Positions 24,012-38,800 of a DNA stretch of 64,000 nt are shown in pieces. How positions within the stretch are numbered: the stretch's first letter is position 1; each line of letters begins with the position of its first letter. The DNA is from Azolla caroliniana. Lineage: Eukaryota; Plantae; Polypodiophyta. A program made the translations under genes and the position numbers. The notes under the pieces are model-generated. The model was not told where the DNA came from. It ran no database searches and worked only from the letters and a program-made list of their open reading frames with translations. The stretch lies in assembly GCA_043228905.1 (NCBI GenBank), contig JBHGNT010000007.1, positions 17,546,001 to 17,610,000 of the forward strand. The letters are read 5' to 3'.

Positions 24012-26491
24012 GAACTTTGAAGGAAGAAGCAACGAAAGAGACGGAGAATGTTTTCACAAAAAGAAGAGATATTTGACATTATGTTGATATGTTATCATGT
24101 TATGGCAATGGGACGAGACTTTTTAAGAGACATTTGACATATCCCAATACATCATCATGATAAGACAATGGAATGAAACTTTTTAAACCCTTTTTATTGT
24201 CTTTGCTGGAATGCACATTGATATTCGACATCTTACGTTCTAGTGTTGGAAGTAGTTTTTATATGCTTTTGTATGTATTGTGTACACAGCTAGTGCAAGC
24301 ATGTATTGCATTGCATCCACAGCTTGCACTTGCCTTATATACTGAATGCTGTCTATGTTGAATGGAAAGAAAGTAATAGCGGTTCTTGATGTTAATTAAC
24401 ATCACGAATAAAAACAGATTCTTCAAATGTTTTAATGATCATGGAGGTTGCCAGTTACGTCTCAGAAATGGGTCTTTGAAACTATTAAAATTATTACTGC
24501 TTTTTGGAAACTACTTCAGTACAGATCTGTCTTGTGAAAACCAAAAGCCCACTGTCCCAATGCCCATCTTTCTGCAGATAGAAATCAATTCTATGGCAAG
24601 AAACTATGGATGAGATTGGTAGTTATGAATTAGTTTTTATTCCATTATTTTGAACTGACGATGTTTGTTTTCCCAATGGAATAAGGGTTAGACTGTGCTA
24701 CTCTTTCTCTGGACATTGTTTCATTTCTATTTATATATTCTCTTTACACCTGTTTTGTCTCCTGATTGAATTATCAGTGTTTAAACAAAATAATGGAGAA
24801 GCTCAATGAACATGCGATGAAGAGCATGCTATTTCACACCTCCATAATTGTAGTCCAGTATCTCTACTTCCATTTATGAATTCATTTCATGTCATTTATT
24901 TTTAGGTGTTCCCCTGTTGAATGATTGAATGATTCAAGCACATGCTTCCAAAACCAATGCAGTTTATTGGTTCATTGATTGAATAATATTAGTGATCAAG
25001 CAAACCATTCTCATCATCAAGTGATTGGTGTGGAGAATGCTCTTTCAACCAAATCTACATCGCTATGTTGAGCTTGAACCAGTCCCCACTCAACAAGAAG
25101 CTTTGATTGTTGGGCACATTGTTGCATCACAGACATGCTCTTCCAAACCTATTTTTAGTAAAAAAATGCTTCGTTAAGGGTAACACTAGAGAATTATATC
25201 ATGATGTTCACCTTGAGAGGCCCAAGATTACACATTTTGGTTCTTCATCAAATAAGGTTGAATGAATCAAACGTGTTAGCCTCAAGATTATCTCTATTTG
25301 GAGCTTTGGTACACCATACAACCACATTTGGTTTAAACAAAACCAATGATGCCCATTGCCCACTATGTAAACATAATAGATGCAAAAACATGAGTTAGGT
25401 TTGCTTGATATCCAATATCCAATTGTATTAAGCAAAGACTTCCTTTATCTCAAACAAAGACTTTCCTTATCTCAATCCTTTACTATCTCAAACAAAGACT
25501 TTATTTTTTTACTACTGATATTGTAATGTCTTCAATTAGAGGTATTAAGGCATAATACAAGTGCCTCTATGTATTTGTCAATGAGGTAGCCACCCTATAG
25601 TTCAAACCAAATACATTGCCCATGAATTGAACAATCACACCCCTACGCTATTTCTTATGACCTATGAAGTGAATAATCACATAAACATAATCATATTGCT
25701 ATCTCATCTGAATGAATTTGCTTACAAAATGTACAGATATAAGAAGAAAACACCAAACATAAAATTTGGACAACCCCCAAAGATGAATGAAAATGTTAAA
25801 AATATCTTAAGAGGCATCATGTAATCACAATAAATAAAAATACAATTGGAGCTCCCAACTAGTGGATACATGAATTCATAGTATAAGATTGGAGGTATAT
25901 ATACTATGAGAGAATTTATTTCCATTGATTGAACATGTAACGAGCCCTAAGAGCTCAAATGAGGGAATTCATTCCCAAGTTCCTTTACATCCACCAAGAT
26001 CCACTATGTTTGCACACGCAAGTACAATCTAAACAACTATATAAGAGCTCAAGTTTGAGTGAATTCATTATATTAGTTGTCATGTACAACAATGAAGGTA
26101 TCAACAATTTTGTTAATGATCTTGATCAATTTGTCTTAAAATTTCTCTCTCCGAAAATACAAAGTAATTTGACAAAATTCAAGTGGTTATTTGTCGAGAT
26201 TTGAGCACAATACAAAACTCGCGCACGACTTGAGAAATCCATCAAATTACTACAATATAAATTATAAATTATTTTACTATTTTACAAGGTTTCAAGAACA
26301 CCATGTTGTTGAACAAATGTTTGATGAATAAGAAATCTTCAAACCAAGACCAACTCAAACTTTAAGGAAGGTTTTGAGGAATTTGTTTGTGATATTTAAA
26401 ACACACATTCTTGCCAAATTAGCTTGAGAAAGTCATCATATTTAACAAACGAGTAACAATGAAATTAACAAAATTAACGGAACATTTTTTA

Positions 26492-28999
26492 TTAAGCATT
26501 AATATGTAGCACATTTGTGAGAAGCCAACCTATCAAGTAGGCGACTCCAGCAGCCAAAGCACCATTCAAAAGAACCATGGAAATGGAAGATGTATATTTC
26601 CGACCCGATATCTTTGCTTTGGCAAGCCCCAACACTATTAGGGCGACTGCAGTAACTATACATGCGGCTCCAAATTTCAATCGATTGTTTTCGGTGAAAG
26701 GGTTCAACACAACGTATGCCAATAATGGAGTGCAACCAAACCCTATGAAACTAGTAAATGTTACACACCCGTTCTTCCAAAGAGATTCTAATGGATTAGG
26801 ATTAACTAGCCCTTGCTCCACTGTCATTTTTTGATCCACAAGTAATTGCTTGTATTTGGAGAAACACTCGACTACCTAACAAACATCAATTTGATGTAGA
26901 AGTAGAAGCGACCATGTTAGGTTTGAATTCCAATATGAAATAGAACAAATGCAAAACATAATGGCACATATATTTCCTCCATGAAAACATAGGTTAAAAT
27001 TTATACACAGCCTAGAACATCCCAAAAAGAGTGCACTTAATTTATCACTATGAAAATGAAATTGATGAGGTGATGGGCATTTCTTTATCAATGTCATGGC
27101 ACACATATTTACTATAGATTAAAGTTTTGAAGTGCCCTAATGTCCCTTGAGTTGTCATTTTTTTGGCAAATGCTTTAGGTAAAGTAAAAAGAGGTGAACT
27201 CAACCTAACCAAGGGCATCTAGGAACATAATGAAAAGTTGAGACCTTTCGGGAAAATTAACCTAAACCTCTAGGGGATTTTTCTCATGATGCATGACATT
27301 ATGAAAGAATGTTTTGAAGTAAGATAAATAAATGCATATACCATAAGGGCATCCTCCTCACTCATTCCTTGAGCTTTGTATGTGTCAACCAAATCAAGAA
27401 TCTGTGAATGAGGATCTTTGCCCATTCGCCAAATCGTTGCTTTTCGTGAAGCAAAAGCTAAATCCCGCTCAGTAGAGCTCGAAACGAAATCACTCAAACC
27501 CATGGAGATGCCATCGGCTATCAAATTCGCAAAACCAAGCACCAACACTGCCCCTGCAATTGTGGCAATAAACAACAATAATTATTTACAAATTTGCACT
27601 TGTAGGCATATCTATTAAGCAAGAAAAAAACTTTAGGAATACCCCACTTGTCATATTCCCCAAATGTGGCTAATTCTAGGAAAAAGCTACAAACTAGCCC
27701 ATGGTTTTTCTTTATTGTTTCAAATATCCATGAGTTTCCATTCTTCCCCCAAAATCCCTTGGTGTACCCCAAAAATATAGAATAAGGATATGAGATAAAT
27801 TGTCTAAATAATGGCTCAAACAAAACCCATAATTGGAAAAAGGGGATACGTTGAGCATACAATTGATTGAGTACATATAACTAGTTGCTCAAAAGGGGGT
27901 TGCTCAAGGGCATTCATTGTGACAAAGACAAAACACATGGGAATTTCGACTAGATCTTTTCCCAATAAATCCATCCAAAGTGGATTACTTTAACTAAGGT
28001 TGAAACGGGATACATCAACAAGCAACAATATACAAATGAACATAATGATGGGCAAGGACACAACCATACAACGACAACATGTTATTTTACCAGGGTTAAA
28101 AGAGTGTGAGTGGGCAAGCAAACAATAAAGAAAAAATGTATTGAGAATGAATAACGATGCAAGTTATACGAGCATGCACCCATGCACCCGCCCACATTAT
28201 AAGAACCCTAAAGCCTAATAATCACCAATGATGCATAGTTTTTATGACAAGAAGTGATCTAAAGGGTGACAGAGAGGTCTTAATGAAACTCAAAATACAT
28301 AGGGCACAAATCTTGTTGGTGTCACACCTATCTATATCTATATCTATACATATATATATGAACCCACAACATTGTACCGATATGTCACATATGTTGTATG
28401 AAAGTTAACTATTGTAACCATTCAAACCCATGAATTAAGGTTGATATCCTCAATAAGTTGCTATCCTCATAAGTTGCTAGGGTATAAAAAGCGAAAAATA
28501 GAATTACGAGATTAGAGAACTCGGATATGTCACATATGTTGTATGAAAGTTAACTATTGTAACCTTTCAAACCCATGAATTAAGGTTGATATCCTCAATA
28601 AGTTGCTAGGGTATGAAAAAGCGAAAAATAGAATTAAGAGATTAAAGAACTCGAAAAACCTGAAGAGAGGCTTCCTCCTGATATAGAGGCAACTAGAGCA
28701 AAACTTGTGACAATTGCATCCAACCCTCCATAGATTATACTTTTCGCATACTCTTCTGCACCTTTGGGGGGGCATGTGGGGATATCGTTCCTTGAGGAGG
28801 GAAGAACACGCCCATCAATCTTCATGTCATTACCCCAAGTGTTGCGAGCATGTAAAATGACATCATTCCTTTTTTGAGAATTTGATGATGATGACACAAG
28901 GAGAGGTTGTTGGAGTAAACCTCCCTCCTTTGCATCCACATATTCACCACTACCACTACCGTCACCATCATCTTTGTTGCTAGTTGGTGAGGTTCCCAT
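26492..28999 (-). CDS. VIT1/CCC1-family (vacuolar iron/metal transporter-like) membrane protein, 3 exons, about 311 aa
   Basis: Exons 28999-28660, 27553-27342, 26875-26492; GT-AG, 936 nt in frame. Motifs SIIYGGLDAIVT, LGFANLIADGISMG, TFTSFIGFG, LGLAKAKI. Confidence 0.92.
28380..28653. repeat. Tandem duplication (about 145-bp period) at the 5' end of VIT intron 1
   Basis: ATATGTCACATATGTTGTATGAAAGTTAAC...GAACTCG occurs twice (about 28380 and 28525). Confidence 0.9.
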
Positions 29000-31900
29000 C
29001 ACCAAATTACACTTTTTTTGTTTCAAAGCTAGATTCCTTACCTCGATTGGATTGGTTTGGTTTATATTAACAAGATTGGAATATTGGATGGAATTAACAT
29101 GATGCCATTGGATGGGGTGAGATTAACAATCATATGGGATGGTTACAATTGGATTGGATTAGAGTAGTTTAGAATATTAGGATTGTATTAGTATTGAATT
29201 AGACAAAACTATTGGAGTTAGATGAACAAACGTTGGAGTTGAGTTGCATGATATGAGGTTTAAAATGGGTTGGGAAAAGAGAAAATAACCTTAATTAGGA
29301 AAAGTTCATGAGGATGCATAGCCAAGTTTGGAAAGTGTTTTTAGGATTTCCATGCTAATATGTCTAATAAGTTTCCAAGTTTTGGAAAGTTTTCTAGGGT
29401 TTGCATAATGTGGTGTTTTAGGATTTCCATGATAGCAAGTTTAGGAAAGTTTTGAAGGGTTTGTATTTATACATTTTTTCGGATTATTTATTGCCTCTTT
29501 GTGGTCATCTATGTTAGTTAGATGACCTCTTTTATGTAGCCACTCTCATCTACATCTAGAATTTAGTAAAAGTTTCCACAGTATTGTCTAACTTGGCAAT
29601 GACAAGATCAAAGTTTATAATCGTATTGTGTGGATGATTCCACATTCCACGATAGAGGATGTCACGCAACTTTTGAATTAGCTATGATGGATCGACCATC
29701 TATATGAGTTGGTCCAGGTTAGTTTACCCAATCATTAGCCTTCTAGAATGGATCTAGGGTTTACTAAATTGTATAAACTAAGGCTTAGGGTTCATGGACA
29801 CTGAGACCCAGAACAACATACCCATGGTGTTTCGAAAAGTGTTTATGAACTCCGTCTCTTGTAGCATAGACGCATTGGTAGGAGCATAATAGGCCATAAG
29901 ATTGTCAAAAAAAGGAGTTAGGATTTAGGCATGTTGTAGATAGGCTTGAACATAGATTTGTTGAGGCCAAATAATTCATGAAACAATATAATGCTCTCAT
30001 AGGAAGAATGTCTTGGTAAGTTGTCTCCTCCCATGCTTATCCCTTGTTTTTTAGTTGTGTGTGAAGTTTTCAATTTGCATCCATATTTTAGTGTCTTATT
30101 CATGATTTTTGTGTGAATTGTTTCATTTGCCTTCGGATTCCGTCCACAAATCAATTCCTCCTCTTGAAATTTGTTTGAACTACTTTGTTTGGGAAATATC
30201 GTCTACCTGAACTTTTTTCCAATGACTTCATTTGTGGAGTTTATTGTGTGAAATTCTTCGTTTACCATTAGATTTCGTCCATATTTTATATTTTTTGGTC
30301 ACTACATGTTTTATTGATTTTATCGATTCTTTTGATTTCTTGTACATGGTTTCTTTTAATATATAGTAAACCTAATTAAATTCTATGGCTTTGACTCTAA
30401 TTCAATGGCCTTTTCTTCTTCGTCACAATTCAACATAGAGAAAAGATTGTCACAGTTGCACTACTTGTCTAGTTCTTCACATAGTTACCGTCATTTCATG
30501 ATGTGTGTCCGACATTAAAAAAAAGACCTCTACTCATGCTCTTTATTTACCCTAGGATTCTTGGTTTAAGCTTACACAAGAGCATGTCTCTCCATCAAGC
30601 ACATATGAGTGCATCCGAGGTTACATTTGCACTAATTAAGACTTCAAACTTATCTGCAAATTGGATTAGCAATCATTGTTTCCAACTATGTAATTGGATT
30701 TAGTTTTTCTAACATTGCCCGTGTCATTCGAGAAGAGATAACGTTTTGATGCTTCAATAAACCTTTTGTACGGGTCAACGTGTTTGTGATGAATTCCACT
30801 TTTTCATTTACCTTTTAGGCATGCTATGCCCATGTTATCGTGTTGCAATATATTGTATCACTTTTCCAGACATCTTATAGTTTCTTTATATCTCATAAAT
30901 ATGCCCTTTTCCTCGACCCATTTTTCACGTGTTTCGTTTCCTTTGTGTAAAACCCTTTTTTATATCGCTTACACTTTTATCTCTATTTGTTTAGGCTTTC
31001 ATTCTCTAAAATCATTCTAATCCTTTTCATATCCACAATCCATTCTATATATTGAGGCAGCCATACATTGAATTTATTAGCACTTACTAAATGTTTTTTT
31101 TTGCGTCCTTTTAGACATTAATAGTAATTATCGTGTTATCTAATACGAAACTAATTTGCTCAGTTGAACTTGAGAAAATGTTCGCCAACAAACTGTAACC
31201 GCCAAGTATAACCAGAGCATGACAATTGCATTCCTCAATGATGGCCTATCCAATTCTTTCTTGATTTGTGCGAGTCTTCAAACATTCGTTCCAATTCATT
31301 GATGCATTGACGGGAGAGATCAGTAACACTAAGCATCCTTATTGTAACACCAAATTTGTTGTGAAGAAAACTTAAACTACAGCTTCCATATTCACATGAC
31401 ATATCATATCCTCATCAATTCAAGAATTTGTAACCAATTGTGCATTCAATTCTTCCACGCAACTCCAAATGTTCACATGAGGCACCATTTCATAAAGCTT
31501 TCATGAGGGCTATAAAGAAATTATATAACCCTCCAACATTCAAATGACTTTCCTCCATTAGGGCTCCAAGATTGACAGTATAATTATGTGTTGCAATGTT
31601 TTTGAAAACGTGTTTGTCCATATGTCCTCTTCTTGTTCTCACAAACTTGTGGATTTGCTTTCGCTTCCATTACACACCCAAAATAATAATTAGAGAACCG
31701 ACCCTAAGTGTTTGAAAGTTATTTCTTGTAATTATATATCCCTCTTTATATGATGGTTAAGTCCAATTTGGTCATCAATGTTGAGTCGTGCCTTGTTTCA
31801 CAACACAATTGAACATGTTACTTATTGCAACGGGTGTTTCCTTTCCCAACCATTTGAACATTTTGATGATTATACCTTGATCTATTGCTTTTTGAATGGT

Positions 31901-34900
31901 CAAATTTCTCAAGCCCTCGACATATATCCACAATAGCAAATAAGGAAAAGCATATATAATTCCTCATATAAGTTCATAGGTAATCTTTCCTTTTTTGGTT
32001 GCTTGTGTAAGTTCTTAGAATGCGTACACGAGCCAATAAGCGCTAATTTTATCGAAATGCTAGGAAATGCTAGGCGGGCTTCTATGCTACGTACTAATAG
32101 ACCTCATGGACAAGCCAACAACCTTTTTTACCCTATCGCATGAAATGCAACATTATTTTCATCATGTTAACATTGATGTCTAATCTCACAACGAAATAAA
32201 TCATTGCGAGTACATAAGGATATCTACAATTCATAAATGAATAAAATTATCCACACAATCAAATGGAGGGATTGATCTATTCAATGGAGAGACATACACA
32301 TTCCAATTTGAAAGTCAACAAAACGTGGACAGAAAGTCCTCTCATGTTAAAAAAGAACAAGGAAGTTTTCATGTATAAAAACAAACAAGCCCAACTTTCT
32401 TAATCAAGGCGAAAAAATTTCAGAGGTATATTACGATTTGTCGACTCAAATGTGTAGAATCTTGTGCAAAATCATGTTGATTTATTTAAATGTAGAATAT
32501 AACATGTCTAAAGGTTTGTTTAAGTGCAAATGCACTTAAAGAACTCCCAAAGATTGTTTGATGTGCACATCTCTATAGGTTGCTTGACATGTTTTTTTAA
32601 AACATGACAAACAGGATCTCATTTTAACTCTAGGATAAGCTAATAAATTCTAATCAGCTTGTGTAGTCAATTCAATTTATATAATAACTTCATAAAATTA
32701 TTTTGCATATGAAAACTTGTTTGACCATTCTCGAGTGAAACTTACACAAGCCAAAAGCTAAACAACAACAATACAAAGGCTTAGATGATTTAACACAAAG
32801 TGAATTGATGGATTTACAATAAAATTACGAGATGGATCGAAGAAATTGAATCGTGGCCAAGAAGAAATTGAATGAATATCATAATGTGAAAATAAATGTG
32901 TTGAAGAAATGATGCACGATTAACTAATCGTGGATTGATAGAAAGTTTATAAATTGACTGTTATTCTCGTTATACAATGTATTCGATAAGTTTCAAAAAG
33001 TGTCACATATAGAGCGACATATGAGAAAAAAAATGATTATACGTGTTGATGCGCAAAAACAACATAGAAAAGAATAGAGTGCGTGTGTTGCCATTTAACT
33101 ATATAATTACGTGTTGCGATTTTTATAATACTATGCATAGTATGGATATGGCGATCAATACACGCGGATAACATAGGATACCATATAATACAAGATAACG
33201 AGGAAGTGATGGATATCTTCTCGTCACTCGTTCGATATATTCAAATATTGTGATGGAGGGAGCTATTCGAAAGACAAAACAATTTGTCAGCATCCAACCA
33301 TGCAATCCATATGACTCTGCACACACACATACACGAGTCTAACGTACAGACGTACAAACATTCATACACATCCGAATTTCCAGTTTATTTTATTTCATCT
33401 ACATTCAAAAACCTTTCGATTGATGGAACCTTTGCCTCATGGCTTAGTACTTAAAAGTCTTAAGGCTACACACACACACACACACATGTTGTTACTTTGA
33501 TAATTTGATCATGTAACTTCTTTCTTCTCTTGTAGCATTTGGTAACTTGAGAAGGTTTCATTCACTATAAATGGCCACTAGAAAAAGTGAAAAATTGTAC
33601 TATAAATTGAACAAATTCCATGTGCAAAAAAGTCCATAACTTATTAATAAGAAAGTTACCTCCCAAATGCCCCACTAAAATTGGGCTCCTGGCTCAATGC
33701 TTGGATGGGTACTTTGTAAAGTAGTTGTGACAATGTTTGGGATTGGTGCATTATATGGGTCATTTTGCAAAGCTACAATAAACCTGACATCTTGAGGGTG
33801 GGAATGAAAACAAAACTATCTTTCACATTCACGAGTTGTGGATGTCATCAAAATTATATCAACAACTAATTAGTAGGATTTATGGAAAAAATATGTGGGA
33901 AGTTTACCATAATTATGCGCAAAACTATAATGTTTCTTGTGCTCGAACCATTGAATTATGAAATTAGAGAGGCCTCAAAGCAAACTACAAAACGTTAGAT
34001 GAATTCTCATTTTCAAGGGAACGCTTCATTCAATGATAACATTTCTTGAGACTTGCATAATATTTGTGTTGTAACTAGACCATGTTGGTTGGGAAACAAC
34101 CACCAGACTAATTATAGGGCAATGTGTTAAAGTTTCGAAGGCTTTCTAAATATTTTTATATAAGTCAAACAACATGAAACTCCGATATCAAGCACTGCTC
34201 ACTATTTTGTTGTCTTGTCTTATTTCTAGAAAAAAACTATATTACAATCATATGCTAACATACAAACCATAATACCCTAACAAATCGTTGGGATCATAAC
34301 ATGAATGGTTGAATCTCCAAATCTAAACTAGCACAATGACATGTCATTGCAAGGGGAGTAAGAACTTGCATAAGAGAGCCCCTCAACTTATCAAATCAAT
34401 AAACCTCGCAAACAAGGAGCATCTCAGAGTAACCCATTATGCATATAGCCCAAATGCTTAAGAAAACCAAAAACCGCCTTAAAAGAGTGTGTGATGGCAA
34501 TGTACAATCAACCTAAACCAAGGTCCATTGACATATAACATAAATTGTAATCCTCAAAATCAAAATCTAAAGCTGGAAAATGAAGTCCATTGGCATCACA
34601 TCATTCTGTGCTTAATATTCTTACGGATTATGGTATGAAAGAAGCACATACTGTCAGTGTCTCAATGAGGCACCTTAATATGACCTTTGAAACGGTAAAT
34701 GGGCACATTAGCATTAACATGCATCACGAAACTCTTTCGTGACCATTGGTTTGGAAGTATTGATGGACGGGATAACCAACGCCTTATCAACCAACCAATG
34801 TTTCTCCTCCATAAATTTTTTGTACTTGATAGTATATCATTTTAAAGCATGCAGAGAGCGCTATAGGAAAACAATGCGAAAAACACACAGAAAACAACTA

Positions 34901-35117
34901 TTCTGTGGGTCGATAATGACTGATCAATTCGATCTGGCATCCAAGTCAAGGGATTGGGAGGTGCCCAAATACACGAGACAGGGAAGGGTCGGGTAAGGCC
35001 AATAAGATTCACCACAGGAGCCCAATTTGAGAGAGAGTGTGTCGATTCGAAAACTTGCTATAGGCGGTCTGATAATGCCGCAAGGGCCTTCTCTGTTGGG
35101 CACATCGGAAAACCGAC

Positions 35118-35588
35118 CTCTCCTCTTTCTCTCTCTCTTTCATACACACATACTCGCTCTCTCTCTTATTGATACATACGCACACACACTCTCTCTCTCT
35201 CTCTATCTTTCTCTCTCTTTGATACACACACACACTCTCTCTCTCTCTCTCTCTCTCCCTCTCTTTGATACACACACACACACTCTCTCTCTCTGTCTCT
35301 CTCTCTTTCACACACACACACACTCTCTCTCTCTCTCTATCTTTCTCTCTCTTTGATACACACACACACACACTCTCTCTCTCTCTCTCCCTCTCTTTGA
35401 TACACACACACACACACTCTCTCTCTCTCTCTGTCTCTCTCTCTTTCACACACACACACACACACTCTCTCTCTCTCTATCTTTCTCTCTCTTTGATACA
35501 CACACACACACACACACACACTCTCTCTCTCTCTATCTTTCTCTCTCTTTGATACACACACACACACACACACACACACTCTCTCTCT
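35118..35588. repeat. Compound (CT)n/(CA)n microsatellite with higher-order periodicity
   Basis: Recurring units TTTGATA(CA)n(CT)n with ATCTTT, CCC and GTCT spacers. Confidence 0.95.
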
Positions 35589-35803
35589 GTCCCCTGTTTC
35601 TCCCCCGTGTTTCTGCAGACATATACATATGTATGTATATATGTATATATATAAGTATCCATGGATCGAATATCTTTATTCCTGCAAAGCAAATCGATAG
35701 GACCCAATTGCTGAAACTGCGTGTTGACCGCCATAGCCTATTCTTCTTCTGCTTCTCTGCAGCCAACCCTACCCTACCCTACCCTACCCTCCTCCCTATA
35801 GCC

Positions 35804-38800
35804 ATGGAAGCTCCGGCAGAGCACCCCTCTGCAGAGACCATTCATCCTTCTATAGTAGCAGAGACGAATGCTCATACTCTCTTATCAACGCCTTTTGAGA
35901 CTACCCAAAAGCTTATTTCTTCCTCTTCTTCTCCTACACAGAACTCTCAGGCTCAAAACTCGACTGAGCTTCTGCAGAGAGCTATAGTAGAGCAAATTAG
36001 CCCTACACCAGAGAATATCCAGGAAGGTTCTTCTATTGGGCAGCTTCCGAATGCGTCTTTAATGGAGGATTTGGCACAATATTCAAATGGAGAGACACAT
36101 CAGAGATTAGGGTTAGCAGGGATTCCCTCAGAAAAGAACCACCCCATGATTTCTTCAGAAAACACACATCAGCTGGATTCTTCAACAGAGGAGCCTATAG
36201 AACATTCCCTAACAGAGGAGCCGAAAGAAGTTCCTTCCAGAGAGGAGCATACAGAAAGTTCTGCAAGAGAGGGCAATACAGAAGAATCATCAACAGAAGA
36301 GGATCATGTAGAAGAAGAATCTCCTCCTATAGGGAAACATGGGCAACCGGCCATGGCCTCTGGACATGTTGAGGTGAGTGGATCAACAGATGCAGGCTAC
36401 GTGGGACATCATCTGGTGAGTGAACCAGTAGAATCCACTCAAGTGAACGGACATCAGGAACAAAGTATGCAGGCCAGTGAACCAGATTTTGGCGACGAGC
36501 CATCATCGTTTGTGGAGGAGCACAAAGGTCTTCTTTCTTCTGTTGATTCATCGCCATCTGCCAAAAAGCTTTACACATCATCCTCCACAGAACAACAGCC
36601 ACAGGAGATGGTGCCTGGCCATTTGAGCACAACTTCAGGTCAGATCTATAGTGACTTGTCCACCCACGAAAACGAGTTCATCCCTTCAGAAGGACATCAT
36701 ATCAAAACGGCTGTTGCTGAACATGGTACCAAAGCTTCTGGTGAGAGGAAAGACATATGTTTTTCAATTTTACCATTTTTTTTTAAAGCATCTCTTATCT
36801 TCTAGGACTGCATACATATGAATGTATGTACATCTATATCATATACAGATGAACACAATAGATTAAATTGATTCTATCTACTGATGGCTTAATAGTGGAA
36901 TAGCTCTAGCTTGCTTCCAAGTTATGACTTGTTGGCCTGATTGTAGCTATATGATGCTGTGCTTGTCAGTATGTTATTCCTATGTTATTTGAGGAATGTA
37001 TGTATGTTTTCTTTACTCTTTGATGGTGGCAAACAATTTATCAAACATTCATGCATGCGACTTTTGTTTTTATAATGCCAAAATGGTGATTGAAAAGTAG
37101 TTGTTTCTCTGTAAAACTTGATTTCCTATATTATTATCCAATTCGTTATATACACATAATTGCAAAAAAAGAAATAGTTGGATCTTTCAGAAATCTAGTT
37201 TCTTAGGAACTGTTGAATGATTCCAATTCAATTTCTATATACCGTGTATCCTTCATATAGGTCAAAATCCATTAGAGCTTGGGCTTATCATTTTTTTTGC
37301 TAAATGATTTATAGATAACAATGGCACCAGACAAACCGTGGAATCCTCCAATCTCTCCTCATCCAAGTCCAGTGGTGCAGAAATCATTACAACTGCGCCT
37401 TTTGAATCTGTAAAAGCCGCAGTCAGTTTGTTCGGAGAGAGGGTTGATTGGAAATCACCACAGCAAACACTTCAATCCGAAACATCAACTAATCCAGAGG
37501 TAATTTTGTGCATGTCTACTATGTTTTCCTAGGCTTTCCGTTTTGGACAGACACTGAAATGCCCATGAGATTTCTAAAATGTAGCAGAGTACCCTCCTGC
37601 AGTAGGTAAAATTTGAGTCTGAAGAGGGGTATTCTGATATTTTTCTGGTGAAAACCCTGAAAAGTTGGGGCTATTTTGGTGTTTATTCAGGTGTTTACCT
37701 AGTAGCTATTTTTGTGGTGCTGTTTTCAAAATCTCTCTCTTTTCATTGCAGAGGCAGAATACTATTTCAGAACTTGATATTGAGAGACTCCAAGATGATA
37801 TTGAGAAGTATAGGAAAAGACTTTTTGATAGCAAGAAAGCTTCAGCTGATATTCTTCTTGAACTTGAGAGTGTCCAAGGGTTAATTAAAGCTGCTGGAGG
37901 GATGTCAAAAGATGTGACCAACATCCATCTTAATTTTGATCATCATCATAACCATCTTTCGAAAGTTGCCGAAGTTTCTGAAATGGCTGTAACGAACAAA
38001 GAAGATGACAAGAACATTAGAAATGCTGATCTGGACAAGTTGTTGAAGGAGATTGAAGATGTTAAAGCGGCGCTTCTCTCGATGAGGGTGTCACGTGATG
38101 ATGCAGTTGATGGTATTGAGAGTGCTAAGAATAGTCTCGATAGTGTGTCAAAGAGAATTGAAGCCCTTGTTGAAGAGCAATCATCACTTGATGAATCTAT
38201 TGCTGCTGCTCAATCTGTGCTTGCAGATACAGAGGAGCAAGTTGCGCAATTGAGAAATGGTAATGACGTTGAGAAATTGCTTGAGAGAATTCCCCCAGAT
38301 CATTTAATCAAGAAGCAAAGTACCGAAACAAAACTTTTAGCAGAAAAACTTGAAGAGACAAATGCATCCTTAAGGAAGTTGAGAGAAGAACTTGCAGTAA
38401 GTAAAGAAGCAGAAACAAAGTACAGATCGCTTCTAGCTGCCACAAATAACGATATTGAAAAACTTGAGTTAGAATTGGCTGTTGCAAGATCCGAAGGACT
38501 TGGAAAAGTGGAGAAGGTATTGGGCGAGCTCGAGGGATCTAAAGCAATGCTCAGAAAGGCGAGAGAGGAAAGTGCTTCTCTCTCATCTGCAGTGTTTATT
38601 TTGAGAGAAGAGCTAGAAACAGTCGATCCCCGAGAACTTGAAATGATGCATGAGAAAGAGCAAATTGCTTGTGCAACATTGGCATCATTGCAAGATGAGA
38701 TTCAGAGGGTGAAAGAATCATTGCATCGTGCGCAAGAAGGGGTAGCAAGGGCATTGGAAGCTAAAGAAACACTGCCTGCGGCAATAAAGCGTATGGCGCT

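Noticed and set aside
29100-34700. Long AT-rich interval, probably old TE debris
   Set aside because: No recognisable domain, terminal repeat or ORF that I can support.
35009-35803. Several ORFs rich in HT/SL/ER/CV, including the 35549 extension of the WEB ORF
   Set aside because: Translation artefacts of the CT/CA microsatellite; the credible start is ATG 35804.
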